Source: an uncultured Chloroflexia bacterium (lineage in GTDB: Bacteria; Chloroflexota; UBA6077; JACCZL01). From it: a DNA stretch of 64,000 bases. The translations under genes were made by a program, and so were the position numbers. Location of the stretch: the NCBI GenBank assembly GCA_963765765.1, contig CAVXYC010000014.1:32001-96000 (forward strand), read 5' to 3'. Positions within the stretch are counted from its first letter, which is position 1; the number at the start of each line of letters is the position of its first letter. Positions 1 to 10,789 of the stretch are shown one piece after another. The notes beneath the pieces are model-generated. The model saw nothing but the letters and a program-made list of their open reading frames with translations. It was not told the origin of the DNA and did no database searches.

Positions 1-100
1 GCTGCGGAGTGCTGAAGATTCTCGAGCCCTGAGCAGAACAGGCTAATCGCGGTATCGTTCAGACATCAACGGCGCTTACCAAGACTCGGAAGGACTACTC

Positions 101-1457
101 ATGGCCTCATCGCCCAACGGCTCGTCGCATTCGCTGAAGCACCCGCTCGATGGCATTCGCGTCCTCGAGCTGGCCAACTACATGGCCGGGCCATACTGCG
201 GGATGCTGCTGGCCGACATGGGTGCAGACGTCATCAAAGTTGAGAACCCGCAGGGCGGGGACTTCAGCCGTAACACGGCCCCATTCATTGAGGGCGAGAG
301 TGTTGGGTTCATGGCCATCAACCGCGGAAAGAGGAGCCTTACTCTCGACCTCAAGTCAGAGCGAGGGAAAGCCATTTTCCTGGACCTGATCAAGTCAGCC
401 GATGTGATGGTGGAGAACTTCCGTCCCGGTACCATGAACGATCTGGGGTTGGGCTATGAGATGCTCTCATCGCTGAATCAGCGGCTCATCATCTGCGCCA
501 CCACGGGATTCGGGCAAACGGGTCCGTACAGCAGTCGAGCAGCGCTGGACCTCATCGTTCAGGGCATGAGCGGGCTGATGGCCATCACCGGTGAGCCCGA
601 CCGCCCACCCGTCAAGGTGGGCGTACCCGTGACGGACCTCACCGCCGCGCTCTTCGGCGCCTATGCTGTCCTGGGTGCCCTCCGCGCTCGCGATATCACC
701 GGGCGAGGGGCAGCTCGTGGACGTCAGCATGCTGGAATCCGGCATTGCCCTCCAGGTCTGGGAGACCAGCGGATACTTCGCCAATGGCGTTGTTCCGGAT
801 CCGCTCGGCTCCGCGCACCGCACCAGCGCGCCATACCAGGCGCTTCGCACTGCCGACGGATACGTCACCATTGGCGCAACCAGTCCTCGCAATTGGACTT
901 CGTTCTGTCAGGCCTTGGGGCTCGAGCATCTCGAGAACGATGAGCGGTTCGCCACGAACGCTGCCCGACGGGCACGGTATGAGGAGCTCGCGGAGCTCAT
1001 CGAAGAAGTTACGATCACCCAGCCCAGCGATCACTGGTACCGTCTTCTCGAAACGGCCGGTGTTCCCTGTGGCGTGCTCAATCGGTTGGACCAGGTCACG
1101 ACTGACGAGCACATTCAAGCGCGTGGCTTCATCCGTGAGCTCGACCATGCGAAGCTCGGCAAGGTCAAGGCTACCGGTTCGCCGGTGCGTCTTTCCAAGA
1201 CCCCGGTTCGCCTGGAGCGCGCCGGTCCGATGCTGGGCGAGCATTCCCGCGAAGTACTCGCTGACCTCGGCCTGCCGATTGGGGAGATTGATGCGTTGCT
1301 GGAGGCAGGAACGATCACGAGCCCGGCTACTGACGCGGCGAGAAGCCTAGATCGGCGAGCGGGATTAGCTTCTCGACAGTGCCGGTATTTCCAGACCAAC
1401 GGTGTCTCCACTCACACAAATGGCCCTCGAATCAAGATTCGAGGGCCATTTGTGTGA
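101..1457 (+). CDS. CaiB/BaiF family (class III) CoA-transferase, split by a frameshift near 705
   Basis: PLDGIRVLELANYMAGPYCGMLLADMGADVIKVE, NRGKRSLTLDL and ENFRPG in ORF 101-943; continues in ORF 663-1457 (GQLVDVSMLES...APYQ...PMLGEHSREVL). True stop may be near 1350. Confidence 0.9.
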
Positions 1458-1471
1458 GCTGCTGTTTGAAT

Positions 1472-2786
1472 TTAGACGCGGGCCAAACCAAGCTCTCCGT
1501 GCTGCTGTAGCAGCGTCTCGAAGTCATCGATATCCGTCACCACGTCAATGGGACGGATGTGGTAGAGCTCGGGGTGCTGCGGCGCGAAGGGCTCGATACC
1601 GCGCTGCAGATTTTTCGCCAGGTTGATCAGCTGGCGTCGCTGTCGGATGATAGCGATGTCCGTGGTGCCGAGATGCTCTCGCCAGCGCTCCACAATGCTG
1701 CCCATTCCATCCGTCATGGCCATGTCCTGCTCGCGCGTCATGCCAATGCCGGTGAAATTGACCGTCTTCTGCATGTCGCGGCTGAGGGCGTAGTCGTTAT
1801 CGCGATTCCAACCGGTCCGCCAGCAATCGATCAGGGTGCGGCTGCCTGGAAGCTTGAAGACCGTCTTGTGCACGCTGTGCGGATTGTTCAGTTGTCGCGA
1901 GCGTTCTTGCTCGTTGAACGGTCGCTCAGGATGGTGGGCATAAGTGAATGCCATGCAGTGCTCATCGTCGATGGGTACCCAGCAGTGTCCCACCGAGGGA
2001 TGATTTGGCGCTGGGATCATACTGAAGATCGGTTGTAGGTACTGAGTACAGCGCCAGTAGTACATGCCGTCCGGGCTCTTACGACGTGAGCCGTAGATGA
2101 AGCCGTAGTCAGTCTCTTTGACGGTGAGTCGTGGGGCTCCATCGTCCCAGCGCGTGGCGGTGCGATCATTGGTGGTGCGCACCTGGCCCTGGAGCACCGG
2201 TGGCATCTTGTCTGGCCCGAACCACCTGTGGTTAAAGCTGATGTGGGCGGAGTCCACGTCACCCTCGATAGCCTGCATGTAATTGGACTCTTGGATCCAC
2301 GTCCGAACAGTTCGCTGATCGTCCGGCACTCGGGTCCATTCGAACTGTGGCAGCTCGGGCTGAAGCTCCTTCGGCCCCATGTAGATCCAGACGACGCCAC
2401 CCGCTTCACGCGCCGGGTAGCTCTTGATCTTCAAGCGCTCCTTGAAGTCGCTCTCGGCTGGCTCGGTCGGCATGCTGACCGTGTTGCCCTCGACATCGAA
2501 CTTCCAGCCGTGGTAGGCGCAGGTCAGCCCGCTCTCCTCGTTCCGCCCGAACCACAGGTCGGCCAGACGGTGCGGGCAATGGCGATCCAGAATGCCCACT
2601 TTGCCGTTGGTGGTCGCGGAAGGCGACGAGCCGCTCGCCGAGGATCTGTAAGCGCCAGGGCTCGCTATCCGGGCCGGGCAGGTCGCTGGCCAGCATGGCC
2701 GGCAGCCAGAAGCGGCGGAACAGCTCGCCCATGGGCGTCCCGGGGCCGGTCCGACACAGCAGCTCGTTGTCTTCTCGACTCAGCAT
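1472..2786 (-). CDS. Rieske non-heme iron oxygenase alpha subunit (phthalate dioxygenase/LigX-like), frameshift near 2610
   Basis: N-terminus MLSREDNELLCRTGPGTPMGELFRRFWLPA (2406-2786); Rieske motif CPHR...CAYHGWKFD and iron-site EGDVDSAHISFNH in ORF 1472-2599. Confidence 0.9.
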
Positions 2787-2859
2787 GACAGGTCCTCCGT
2801 AATAGTAGAAATCGGGTCACCGGAACTTGCCCAGTGACCCGATTCGACTTCTCGCTCAG

Positions 2860-3978
2860 TTACGCCGGAACGCGGGTTCCTACAAATTCGTGCATGCGCG
2901 ACGTGACGCCGTTCTTTGCGCACTCCTGTTCGTAAAGCTCCAGAATCCGCGGATCCTCGTCCTTGTACTCGATCTGGTTGCCGCCATCTTTAACCGACAT
3001 ATCCATCTTCTCGTAGCCGGCCTTGCGCGCGCTAGAGATAAAGTAGCGAGCACCACCGAAGAGAATCGCTAGATAGCGACTGGAGACATCAGCGGTATTG
3101 AAGTGCTGGTGGAACGTCGGACCATCTGGAGGTGCATAGAGCGAGCCATACTTCCAGTCCACGCGAACCGTGTTCAGCGGATCCTCACCGTCTTTCCAGA
3201 GAAGGCTATAGCCTTTACCAGTCATACAGAAGATGTGCGCGCCAGCATCGTGGCGGTGCGCCTTCTTGTATGTCCCCACGCCGAACTCCGAGATGTGGGC
3301 GTGCATAGTGCTGTCCGCCAGCGTGAACTGGATGTTGCGTCCACCCGCGCCACGCTCCTTCCACTCAGGAAGCTGGAAGCTGGTCAAGTCGGGAACGAAG
3401 TTCGTTTCCCACTGATGTCGGCCCGGCTTGACAGAGCGAAACTCGCCCTCGCCCTGGAAATACTTGTCGTCACCAACGCGATCCTGGAACGCGTGCGCAT
3501 TCTCAAAAATGAAGCTCTCATTGTGGAAGAGATTCATGATGATGGGGAGATTGCTCAGCGATGCGATGCGAGCCGGCTCAGAGCCTGAGCCGTTGAAGTG
3601 CTGGTGACGAGCGTTGATCGGAATAGCGAAAAGGCTGCCGGGTCCCCACTCAAAGGTGTGAGTTCGTCCGTCTGGCGCTTCCACCTTGGTGGCGCCACGG
3701 CCGGTGAGTACGACGACGAGCTTATCGAACAGGTGCTTCTCAGCGTTGAGCTGACCGCCTGCCGGGATCTCCGCCAGATAGCAAGTGACGTTGTCGCCAC
3801 GGCCGACAAGATGGATGTAGGCGCCCAGGCCGCCCTGGCGGGGTGATGGCTCCAGCGGTTGGGTCAGGCAATCGACGGCGTACGCCTCGATAATCGGCAC
3901 GCCTTCTTTCTGAACCCAATTCATATAACTGTGAATTTGATAATGGGGGTTATCTTGCCAGTTCTGCTCGTCGGCCAT
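2860..3978 (-). CDS. Bicupin-domain protein (gentisate dioxygenase-like/cupin family)
   Basis: Two cupin motifs: KHLFDKLVVVLTGRG...PINARHQHFN and KAHRHDAGAHIFCMTGKGYS...FHQHFN. Confidence 0.8.
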   Translation of the reverse strand: MADEQNWQDNPHYQIHSYMNWVQKEGVPIIEAYAVDCLTQPLEPSPRQGGLGAYIHLVGRGDNVTCYLAEIPAGGQLNAEKHLFDKLVVVLTGRGATKVEAPDGRTHTFEWGPGSLFAIPINARHQHFNGSGSEPARIASLSNLPIIMNLFHNESFIFENAHAFQDRVGDDKYFQGEGEFRSVKPGRHQWETNFVPDLTSFQLPEWKERGAGGRNIQFTLADSTMHAHISEFGVGTYKKAHRHDAGAHIFCMTGKGYSLLWKDGEDPLNTVRVDWKYGSLYAPPDGPTFHQHFNTADVSSRYLAILFGGARYFISSARKAGYEKMDMSVKDGGNQIEYKDEDPRILELYEQECAKNGVTSRMHEFVGTRVPA

Positions 3979-4088
3979 AGTGGACCTGCTCCTTCAAGGC
4001 GCCGTGGATCAGCGAGAGCGTGCTCCCGCCATTCGTCCAAAGCGTATCCGAGCGCCGCGACCGAGTCAAAGCAGCGCCGCATTTGAGT

Positions 4089-4180
4089 CTGCGGCGGAAT
4101 TCGCCGCTTTCTCACGAGGCTGGAAGCCGACTTCCGTGTCGCTCCGCTCCGTTGGAAAGCGGCGAAGACCGCCGCAGTCC
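4089..4180. repeat. REP-like palindromic repeat, copy 1
   Basis: CTGCGGCGGAATTCGCCGCTTT...AAAGCGGCGAAGACCGCCGCAG inverted ends; colinear with 34197-34288 (about 15 mismatches in about 92 nt, counted by eye). Confidence 0.8.
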
Positions 4181-4195
4181 CAAAAGCTGGCCTAT

Positions 4196-5069
4196 CTACG
4201 ACGCGCTGACCTTCCCGCCAACTTGCTTTGCGATGAAGCTTTTGATGCGCTCTAGCATCTGCTCCACCGCGCGGCGCAGACCAGCCGGCGATGCCGTGAG
4301 GCATGCCTTCGAAGAGCGCCAGATCGGACTCGCCGCCCGCCGCACGATAGCGCTGGTCCACTTCCTGGATCATGCCTTTGGGCAGGCTCTCGTCGGCCGT
4401 TCCCTGAATGAGCAGGACGGGCGGCAGCTCAGCGTTTTCACCGCGCTGCAGCATCATCAGGGGTTACCCTCTTCCATGGCAGCCTCGGTGACAAAGTAGC
4501 GATCGTGATTACCGACCAGCTCCTGTCGACCGTCCGACTGCGCCAGACGATAGCGTCCCAGCGCGTCGATAACGCCCCAGCAGGAGATGGCGTAGCTCAA
4601 CGACGCGTCCACGGATGTGTCTTCGAACGGCAATGCCGCGTAACGCGAATCGTTCGGGCGCATCGCGCTCAGGACGATAAGGTGGCCACCACTCGAGACA
4701 CCTAAACCGCCCACGCTGCGGCGATCAGCATTGAAGTCGCGCGCGTGCGACTTCAGCCAGCGGATCGCGTAGTTGATGTCCTGAAGCGACGACGGATATT
4801 GGTCAGCGCCCATGCGGAAGTCGATCGATGCGACGACGTACACCGCTGGCAGGCAAGGCCCTCCGCGATGGCCGGGTTGTTGGTGCGATCACCGCTGTTC
4901 CAGGCGCCGCCGTGAATCTCAATGAGTCGCTGGAAACGGCCCGATCGCCTGCGGGCTTGTAGACCAGCGCCTTGCAATTCTCGTTCGCACCATCGCGTCG
5001 GTAAACAATGTCCTCGGTGGTGAACTCGAGCTTCGCGGCCGGATCGTAGTTGATTGTCGCACTGGCCAT
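4196..5069 (-). CDS. Alpha/beta hydrolase (HSL-like esterase), several frameshifts
   Basis: Fragments in different frames: IEIHGGAWNSGDR, VASIDFR, GVSSGGHL (nucleophile elbow), PPVLLIQGTADE, FEGMPHG. Confidence 0.8.
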
Positions 5070-5292
5070 GAGCAGGGACCTCCCAGAATGCGTTGGCGTC
5101 TTGCGAGCATCATGGTCCGCGCTTCCAGTTGCGTCAAGGATTCCCACCAATGGCAGAGCCGCGTCCCGCAACGCGTGCGGTTCCTCTCCGGCCGTACCAG
5201 GCCGCTCCGCAGTACTCCCAGAGACAGGATGGGTTTTCCGCGCAGCGGCGGCTCGACGGCCGTAAGGATTGATACCGCGGTCGCCCGGTGCG

Positions 5293-6273
5293 CTAGATCC
5301 TCACAAACTTTTGCAGCGAGTGGCAGCCGGCGTGGTAGCGACCGTAGCGGCTCAGCGCCGTCTGGGTCACCTCGCCCACGTAGATGTCGCCGTGCGAATC
5401 GACCCAGAGCCCATGGGGTGAGGCGAAATTGCCCGGGGTGCACGGCTCGTCGCCGCCCCAGCGAGCTAGTACGTTTCCCTCCAAGTCCCGCACTGTCATC
5501 GCCGCTGAGCGCGTTTCTGGCCAGATCCGTCCTGAAAGGCTTGCCACATCGCACTCCCAGGACATCTCACCGATGTACACGGTGTTGTTCTTATCGATGA
5601 AGAGGTCACCCGGACGAGTCACGTTCGTCCAGGCGTCCAGCGGCTCACCGGTTGGGCTGAAAATCTGAATGCGATCGTTCTCTCGGTCGCACACGAAGAC
5701 GCGTCCATCCGTGTGTACCCACACACTGTGCGGCAGATTGAACTGGCCAGGCCCGGTACCGGGCTCACCGAATGATTGAATATGCTCGCCGTCTGCGGTG
5801 AAGCGATGGACGCGGGCATTGCCGTATCCGTCAGAGACGTAGAGATCGCCAGACGTGGACCGCGAAAGTCGCGTAGGTCGGTTAAAGGGCGGGCCGCCGT
5901 GCGTGATGCTCTGGAGATCGCCGCCTGTGTATCCAGTGTCAGACGGCTCGCCCTTCGTTCCAAGCACCTGGAGAAGCCTTCCATCCAACGAGTACTTGCA
6001 AACGGTGTGATCGGTATCGGTCGCAAGCCAGACGGTATCGTCGGGCGTAATGGTGATACCGTGCGGTCGGGAAAACTGCCCTTCACCCCAGGATCCCAGA
6101 AACTTGCCATCGCGATCGTAGACAATGAGCGGGTGCTCACTGCGATTGAATACGTAGACGCGGTCCTGCGAGTCCGTAGCAATGCCGCCCACGTCGCCGT
6201 GCCCCCAGCCTTCAGGAATCTGCTCCCAGTTCTCCGCGAGCTCGTACCGGAAATCACCTGCTCCAACGATCAT
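5293..6273 (-). CDS. NHL-repeat beta-propeller (peptidyl-alpha-hydroxyglycine alpha-amidating lyase-like family)
   Basis: Repeated F.RPHGI / FNRPT / FNLPHS / FASPHG motifs and YVSDGYGNARVHRF. Confidence 0.85.
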   Translation of the reverse strand: MIVGAGDFRYELAENWEQIPEGWGHGDVGGIATDSQDRVYVFNRSEHPLIVYDRDGKFLGSWGEGQFSRPHGITITPDDTVWLATDTDHTVCKYSLDGRLLQVLGTKGEPSDTGYTGGDLQSITHGGPPFNRPTRLSRSTSGDLYVSDGYGNARVHRFTADGEHIQSFGEPGTGPGQFNLPHSVWVHTDGRVFVCDRENDRIQIFSPTGEPLDAWTNVTRPGDLFIDKNNTVYIGEMSWECDVASLSGRIWPETRSAAMTVRDLEGNVLARWGGDEPCTPGNFASPHGLWVDSHGDIYVGEVTQTALSRYGRYHAGCHSLQKFVRI

Positions 6274-6292
6274 TGCTAACCTCCCTGAGTAC

Positions 6293-6369
6293 GAAGGGGA
6301 CCTATTGGACGAAAGGGACCCAGGGCTGTCGTCCCCTGATGTCCATCTCCGTTCCCATAGGTCCCTTTC
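6293..6369. repeat. Imperfect intergenic hairpin (GGGGACCTAT...ATAGGTCCC type)
   Basis: GAAGGGGACCTATTGGACG ... CGTTCCCATAGGTCCCTTTC; a related core appears at 63233-63311. Confidence 0.5.
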
Positions 6370-6394
6370 CGGAAAATAAAGGCTCGCCGCCGTT

Positions 6395-7648
6395 CTAGTT
6401 CATCAAATCCTTCGCGATTTTTTGAGTCTTCTCGATCTCGTCCAGCATCGCCTCGGAGTCGACGAACACGTACTCCACTCCGGGCTGCAGCGCTACGCTC
6501 GGATCGAACACCGGGACGTCAGCCCGACGGCTGTTCTCCTCGATATTCTGCGAATGAGCCAGGCCGCTCTCCTTCCCGAGCGACCAGTTCATAAGCACCT
6601 TAGCAGCGTTGGGATGCGGCGCGTTCTTGAGGAGCCACATCGTCTTGTTGCCAGCGTTGACGTAGTCGGTCTCGGGAATGGGAACGTTCTTGAGGTTCTG
6701 ACCCATCCCTTGCGACATGAAGTCTTTGAGAATCGGAACGTCCACCGCACCAATACCGATGGCATAACGTCCGCGAACCATGAATTCAGTGAGTTGACGG
6801 GCGTCCAGGCTAGCCACAGCTTCCTGGTCCTTGATGATCGTCTGCATGGCCGTGTCACCCGACTTGACGCGGATGGCCGTGAAGGTCAGAAAGCCGGATC
6901 CCTTTGTACGCGGATCTCCCAGGAGGATCTTCCCGCGCCACTTGGGGTCAAGAAGATCGCTGAACTTGGACACCTCGCCCTCCTTCACGAGATCGGTATT
7001 GACCCACACTGACTTGTAGCGATTCTTATCGAGTGCGTAACCCCACTGCTTATCGTCGTCGGGGTATCCGCCCATATATGTGTCCAACCAGCCCCTGTCG
7101 TCCAGGCCTCGGCCCGGACGATGTTTGGCCGCACAGGATCCAGCCCACCCGCCGGCTTGACCTGCCGAATCATCTCTTGCAGGGGCATATAGGCGACATC
7201 CCACGTATACAGCCCAGCCTTCTGCTCCTGAAGCAGTCGCGGCACATAGTCGCGGGACGAAGACTGGAACTGCGTGTGCTCCACCTTGATCCCGGGGTAC
7301 GCGGCCTCGAAAACGTCAAGAATCTTTGCGGTGAGCCGTGCCCGCGTAGGTGGCCACGTTTACGGAGCCTTCCTTGCGAGCTGCCTCAACTACCGTTTCC
7401 CAATCCGCGTCACTTATTGCGCCAGCAACTGCTGGGGCAGCTGCCTTCGCCGCTGGCGCGGTGGTTGGCGCCGCCGCGGGGGCTGCCGCCTGTGTTGGGG
7501 CCGCGGCCGGCGCTGTTGTCGGCTTCGCGGCGGGAGCTGTGGGCGATGGTGCCGAGGCCTGGCTGCAGGCAGCAGTCAGTGCGGCCGCACCACCCAGGCC
7601 CAGTAGGCGTAACGCCGATCTCCTCGAGAGCAATGATTGTTCGCGCAT
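6395..7648 (-). CDS. ABC transporter extracellular solute-binding lipoprotein with Tat-like signal, frameshifts near 7320 and 7110
   Basis: SRRSALRLL...AAC signal, PTAPAAKPT linker, WETVVEAARKEGSV, DLLDPKWRGKI, APHPNAAKVLMNW. Confidence 0.85.
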
Positions 7649-7963
7649 TGAGAGAGTCCTCCAGTGGCACCGCGCATGTGAGACATACCGTCGATTCTAA
7701 TTCTCGTGTTCCAAGTGACGCGACCAAAAGACCGTACGGTTCCACCGGGCGAGCGCGCAGCAGACTCTTCGCCCAGCGCCACATGGCATTCAACCAGTCA
7801 ATCGAACCACCCAATTATCCAGGTAGGTTTCCAAGGTGACAGTCCCAAACGAAAGCGCAAAGCCCCGTGACAAGAGCGAGGCGCTCCTCGCCAACATTGA
7901 ACAAGCCGATAGCGAAGCCGAGTAACGCTCCCCAGGAGGCGATCCCGAGTCACGGCCAGCAAT

Positions 7964-8737
7964 CTAGGCTCGAATAAACGAAGCTCCGGAAATCACCAGC
8001 TCCGCGCCACTTACGTACGTTGCATCATCGGAGACGAGGTACGCGATGGCGCTAGCAACTTCTTCTGTCTCCGCGACACGTCCTATGGCTAGCTCGCGGC
8101 CACGGGCCTTGACTTGCTCTTCGGTGGAATCGCGTCGGACCAGATTGGTGTCCACCATAGAAGGGAGAATCGCGTTCGCGGTAATCCCCTTGTCGGCCAG
8201 CTCCAGAGCCAATGACCGGGTGAATCCCAGAAGCGCGGCTTTAGACGTTGCGTAGGCGCCGGTTCCCGGTTTACCACGAAGTCCGAGCACGGACGACATG
8301 TTCACAATGCGCCCCCAGCCGAGTCTGAGCATCCCGGGGAGCACGGCGCGACAACACAGAAACGTGCCGTTCAGATTCACGCCCATAACCCTGCGCCACT
8401 CGTCCAAGCTAAGATCGCGCAACGGTGTATTTGGCGACTGTATGCCGGCTATGTTTACCAGTATGCCGACCGGCCCTTGAGACTCTTCAATTGCCGAGAC
8501 GAGCTGCGTTACGTCAGCTTCGGATGACACGTCACCCTGATATGTCGCGGCTGTGCCATCCCGCTCACGGACAAGTCGTAAGGTCTCATCGGCGCCACTG
8601 CCGTCAATATCCAGGACAGCCACAGGAATCCCGGTCGTGCTTAAGGTCAGCGCGGCCGCCCGGCCTATACCACTCCCCGCGCCTGTCACCAACGCGACAA
8701 TACCCTCTGGACGTTTCGCGACGGATTGGGCGCTCAT
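7964..8737 (-). CDS. Short-chain dehydrogenase/reductase (FabG-like)
   Basis: TGAGSGIG, NIAG, YATSK. Confidence 0.92.
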   Translation of the reverse strand: MSAQSVAKRPEGIVALVTGAGSGIGRAAALTLSTTGIPVAVLDIDGSGADETLRLVRERDGTAATYQGDVSSEADVTQLVSAIEESQGPVGILVNIAGIQSPNTPLRDLSLDEWRRVMGVNLNGTFLCCRAVLPGMLRLGWGRIVNMSSVLGLRGKPGTGAYATSKAALLGFTRSLALELADKGITANAILPSMVDTNLVRRDSTEEQVKARGRELAIGRVAETEEVASAIAYLVSDDATYVSGAELVISGASFIRA

Positions 8738-9534
8738 GGCATCAACGCTCCGCCGTTGATATGGAGAACCTGGCCGGTCACCCAGCCCGCGCCGGGACCA
8801 AGCAAGTACATCACCGCCCAGGCTATGTCCGCGGGCTGGCCCATACGCTTTAAAGGAATATCCACCACACGCTGTGCGCGCAACGGGGCCTTCTCCTCTT
8901 CAGACAGTCCGGGACCCAGTCGTTCCGTTTCAACGGCACCGGGCGCGATCGCGTTCACGGTGACCGTTGGGGCCAGCTCAGAGGCCAAGACCTTCGTGAG
9001 TCCCACTACTCCGGACTTCGCGGTCGCGTACGATGCGCCATTCGGCCGGCCCTTATAGCCGAACATCGAGCTCAAATTGACGATACGGCCGGAGGTGTCC
9101 AGCAACGGATCGATAGCCGCCTGACAACAGAGGAAGGTGCCCGTAAGCTGCACGTCAATGACGTGGTCCCAATCCTGCAATGTAGTCTCGTGCACAAGTC
9201 CGAATGAGCGGACGCCTGCGGAATTTATGAGAAAGTCGAGCTTGCCAAATCTCGAGATCGTAGCCTCCACCATACGTTCAACGTCAGCCTTATCCGCAAC
9301 GTTGGCGTGGATGCCAATCGTCTCACCACCCAGACGCGCCGCTGTCTGCTCCATTCGCTCCCGCGATCTACCAACGAGGGCAACGTGCGCCCCAGCGTCC
9401 ACCAAGGCTTCAGCTACCCCAAAGCCGATTCCAAGGCTCGCGCCAGTAACCAGTGCCACCTTGTCCTGGAACCACCGGTCAAGAACCGACGTCATACTAC
9501 TCATCGAATTGTCATCTCTTTTATACATACTCAA
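8734..9534 (-). CDS. Short-chain dehydrogenase/reductase (start codon uncertain)
   Basis: TGASLGIG, NSAG, YATAK; 4-nt overlap with the downstream SDR. Confidence 0.92.
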   Translation of the reverse strand: MSMYKRDDNSMSSMTSVLDRWFQDKVALVTGASLGIGFGVAEALVDAGAHVALVGRSRERMEQTAARLGGETIGIHANVADKADVERMVEATISRFGKLDFLINSAGVRSFGLVHETTLQDWDHVIDVQLTGTFLCCQAAIDPLLDTSGRIVNLSSMFGYKGRPNGASYATAKSGVVGLTKVLASELAPTVTVNAIAPGAVETERLGPGLSEEEKAPLRAQRVVDIPLKRMGQPADIAWAVMYLLGPGAGWVTGQVLHINGGALMP

Positions 9535-9587
9535 TTACTCGCTGGAGGGAACATCACGTGTTACATCGAGCCACGGGCCTTGTGTAA

Positions 9588-9611
9588 GGGTGTACTGGTA
9601 TAATTGCACCC
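9588..9611 (+). promoter_or_regulatory. Extended -10 promoter (TGGTATAAT) flanked by an imperfect inverted repeat
   Basis: GGGTGTA-CTGGTATAAT-TGCACCC; TGnTATAAT at 9596-9604. Confidence 0.5.
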
Positions 9612-9891
9612 CGTCAGTGCGTATGAGAGGATGCACCTGTTTAAGGTGCTTGTATGACGCCCCGCGACACCAGGAGGATACGCTCGGCCCACCAGTTCGC
9701 CCGTCCTGTCGAAGCATTGCGCTCGGCGTCAGCCGTCTTATTTTTGACTCGCGCACCCAATGCAGATACTGTGACCGGCCGACTGAGTGCCTCCTGCCCG
9801 CGTCTGTCACCATCTGGTGCAATTAGAATTCCCCGGAACAACTCAGCTCATGCGCCAGCCTGTGCGCAGCAAGCGCCCCTCGGAGCTTTGA

Positions 9892-10779
9892 ATGATAGCT
9901 ACCCCTGACCTGCAGTTCGCCGATTCAGTGACTGAAGCCTACGGAGAAGATGAGCGCCACGACCTGGCCCCATGGGAGATCGAATTTGGCGAGCGCGTTG
10001 ACGCCATGTTCTGGGAGTTCTTCGATAAGAGCGAGGATCCAGAAGGATGGAATCGACGCTGGGTGATCAGTCGCGATATCGATTGGGAGGCGGTTGCCAA
10101 CGAGTCGTTGGATGAGAACCTCACCAGCCTGCTGGAATCCTTCTATGCGGTGGAAAGCTATCTGCCAGACTTCGCGGGCAAGGGGCTGGCATTCTATCGG
10201 CGGCTCCTCGGTCTCGCTCACAATCACATCAATTGGAGCTACGAGGAGCTGAAGCACGGCCGTGCGCTGGAGCTGGTGATCCTTCGGTCGGGCGGACGGA
10301 CCAAGCAAGAAATGACAGATTTCCGACGCTCCATTTGGCGAGAAGTCTGGATGGCTCCATTTAATACGCCGCGTCGAATGATCAGTTACGCCTCCATGCA
10401 GGAAAAGGCGACGCATCGGAACTACGAGCAGCTCAGGAGTGTGGCGTTGGCGCAGGGCGCCACAGGCGCCGCCGGAGCTATCAGGCTGGTCTCAAAAGAT
10501 GAAGCCTTCCATCACGCCTTCTATAAAGACGTCATGAAGCTTTACCTGGAATACGACGAGGTGGGTACGGCGCGTGACCTCTATTATGTGGCCACGCACT
10601 TTCAGATGCCGGCCCAGCACCTTCTTCCGGATGCTGCAAGCAGAATTCGCTCATTAGCTCGGAATCGGATCGTGAGCAAACGGTCGCTTCGCGATGAGTC
10701 CATTATTCCCACGATTAAGTCCATCGGATTTCGCGATCTCGATGAGCTTGCCAGTGTGGCAGGAATCAGCGCGACCTAA
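9892..10779 (+). CDS. Acyl-ACP desaturase-like ferritin-fold diiron protein
   Basis: VESYLPDF, WSYEELKHG, MQEKAT, KDEAFHH diiron ligand pattern. Confidence 0.8.
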   Translation: MIATPDLQFADSVTEAYGEDERHDLAPWEIEFGERVDAMFWEFFDKSEDPEGWNRRWVISRDIDWEAVANESLDENLTSLLESFYAVESYLPDFAGKGLAFYRRLLGLAHNHINWSYEELKHGRALELVILRSGGRTKQEMTDFRRSIWREVWMAPFNTPRRMISYASMQEKATHRNYEQLRSVALAQGATGAAGAIRLVSKDEAFHHAFYKDVMKLYLEYDEVGTARDLYYVATHFQMPAQHLLPDAASRIRSLARNRIVSKRSLRDESIIPTIKSIGFRDLDELASVAGISAT

Positions 10780-10789
10780 ACGGCGCTGC

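Noticed and set aside
7430-7560. GC-rich repeats
   Set aside because: Encode the Pro/Thr/Ala linker of the binding protein.
101-7648. Programmed frameshifting or mass pseudogenisation
   Set aside because: Indels are scattered, show no common slippery motif and also hit der; assembly error is the simpler explanation.
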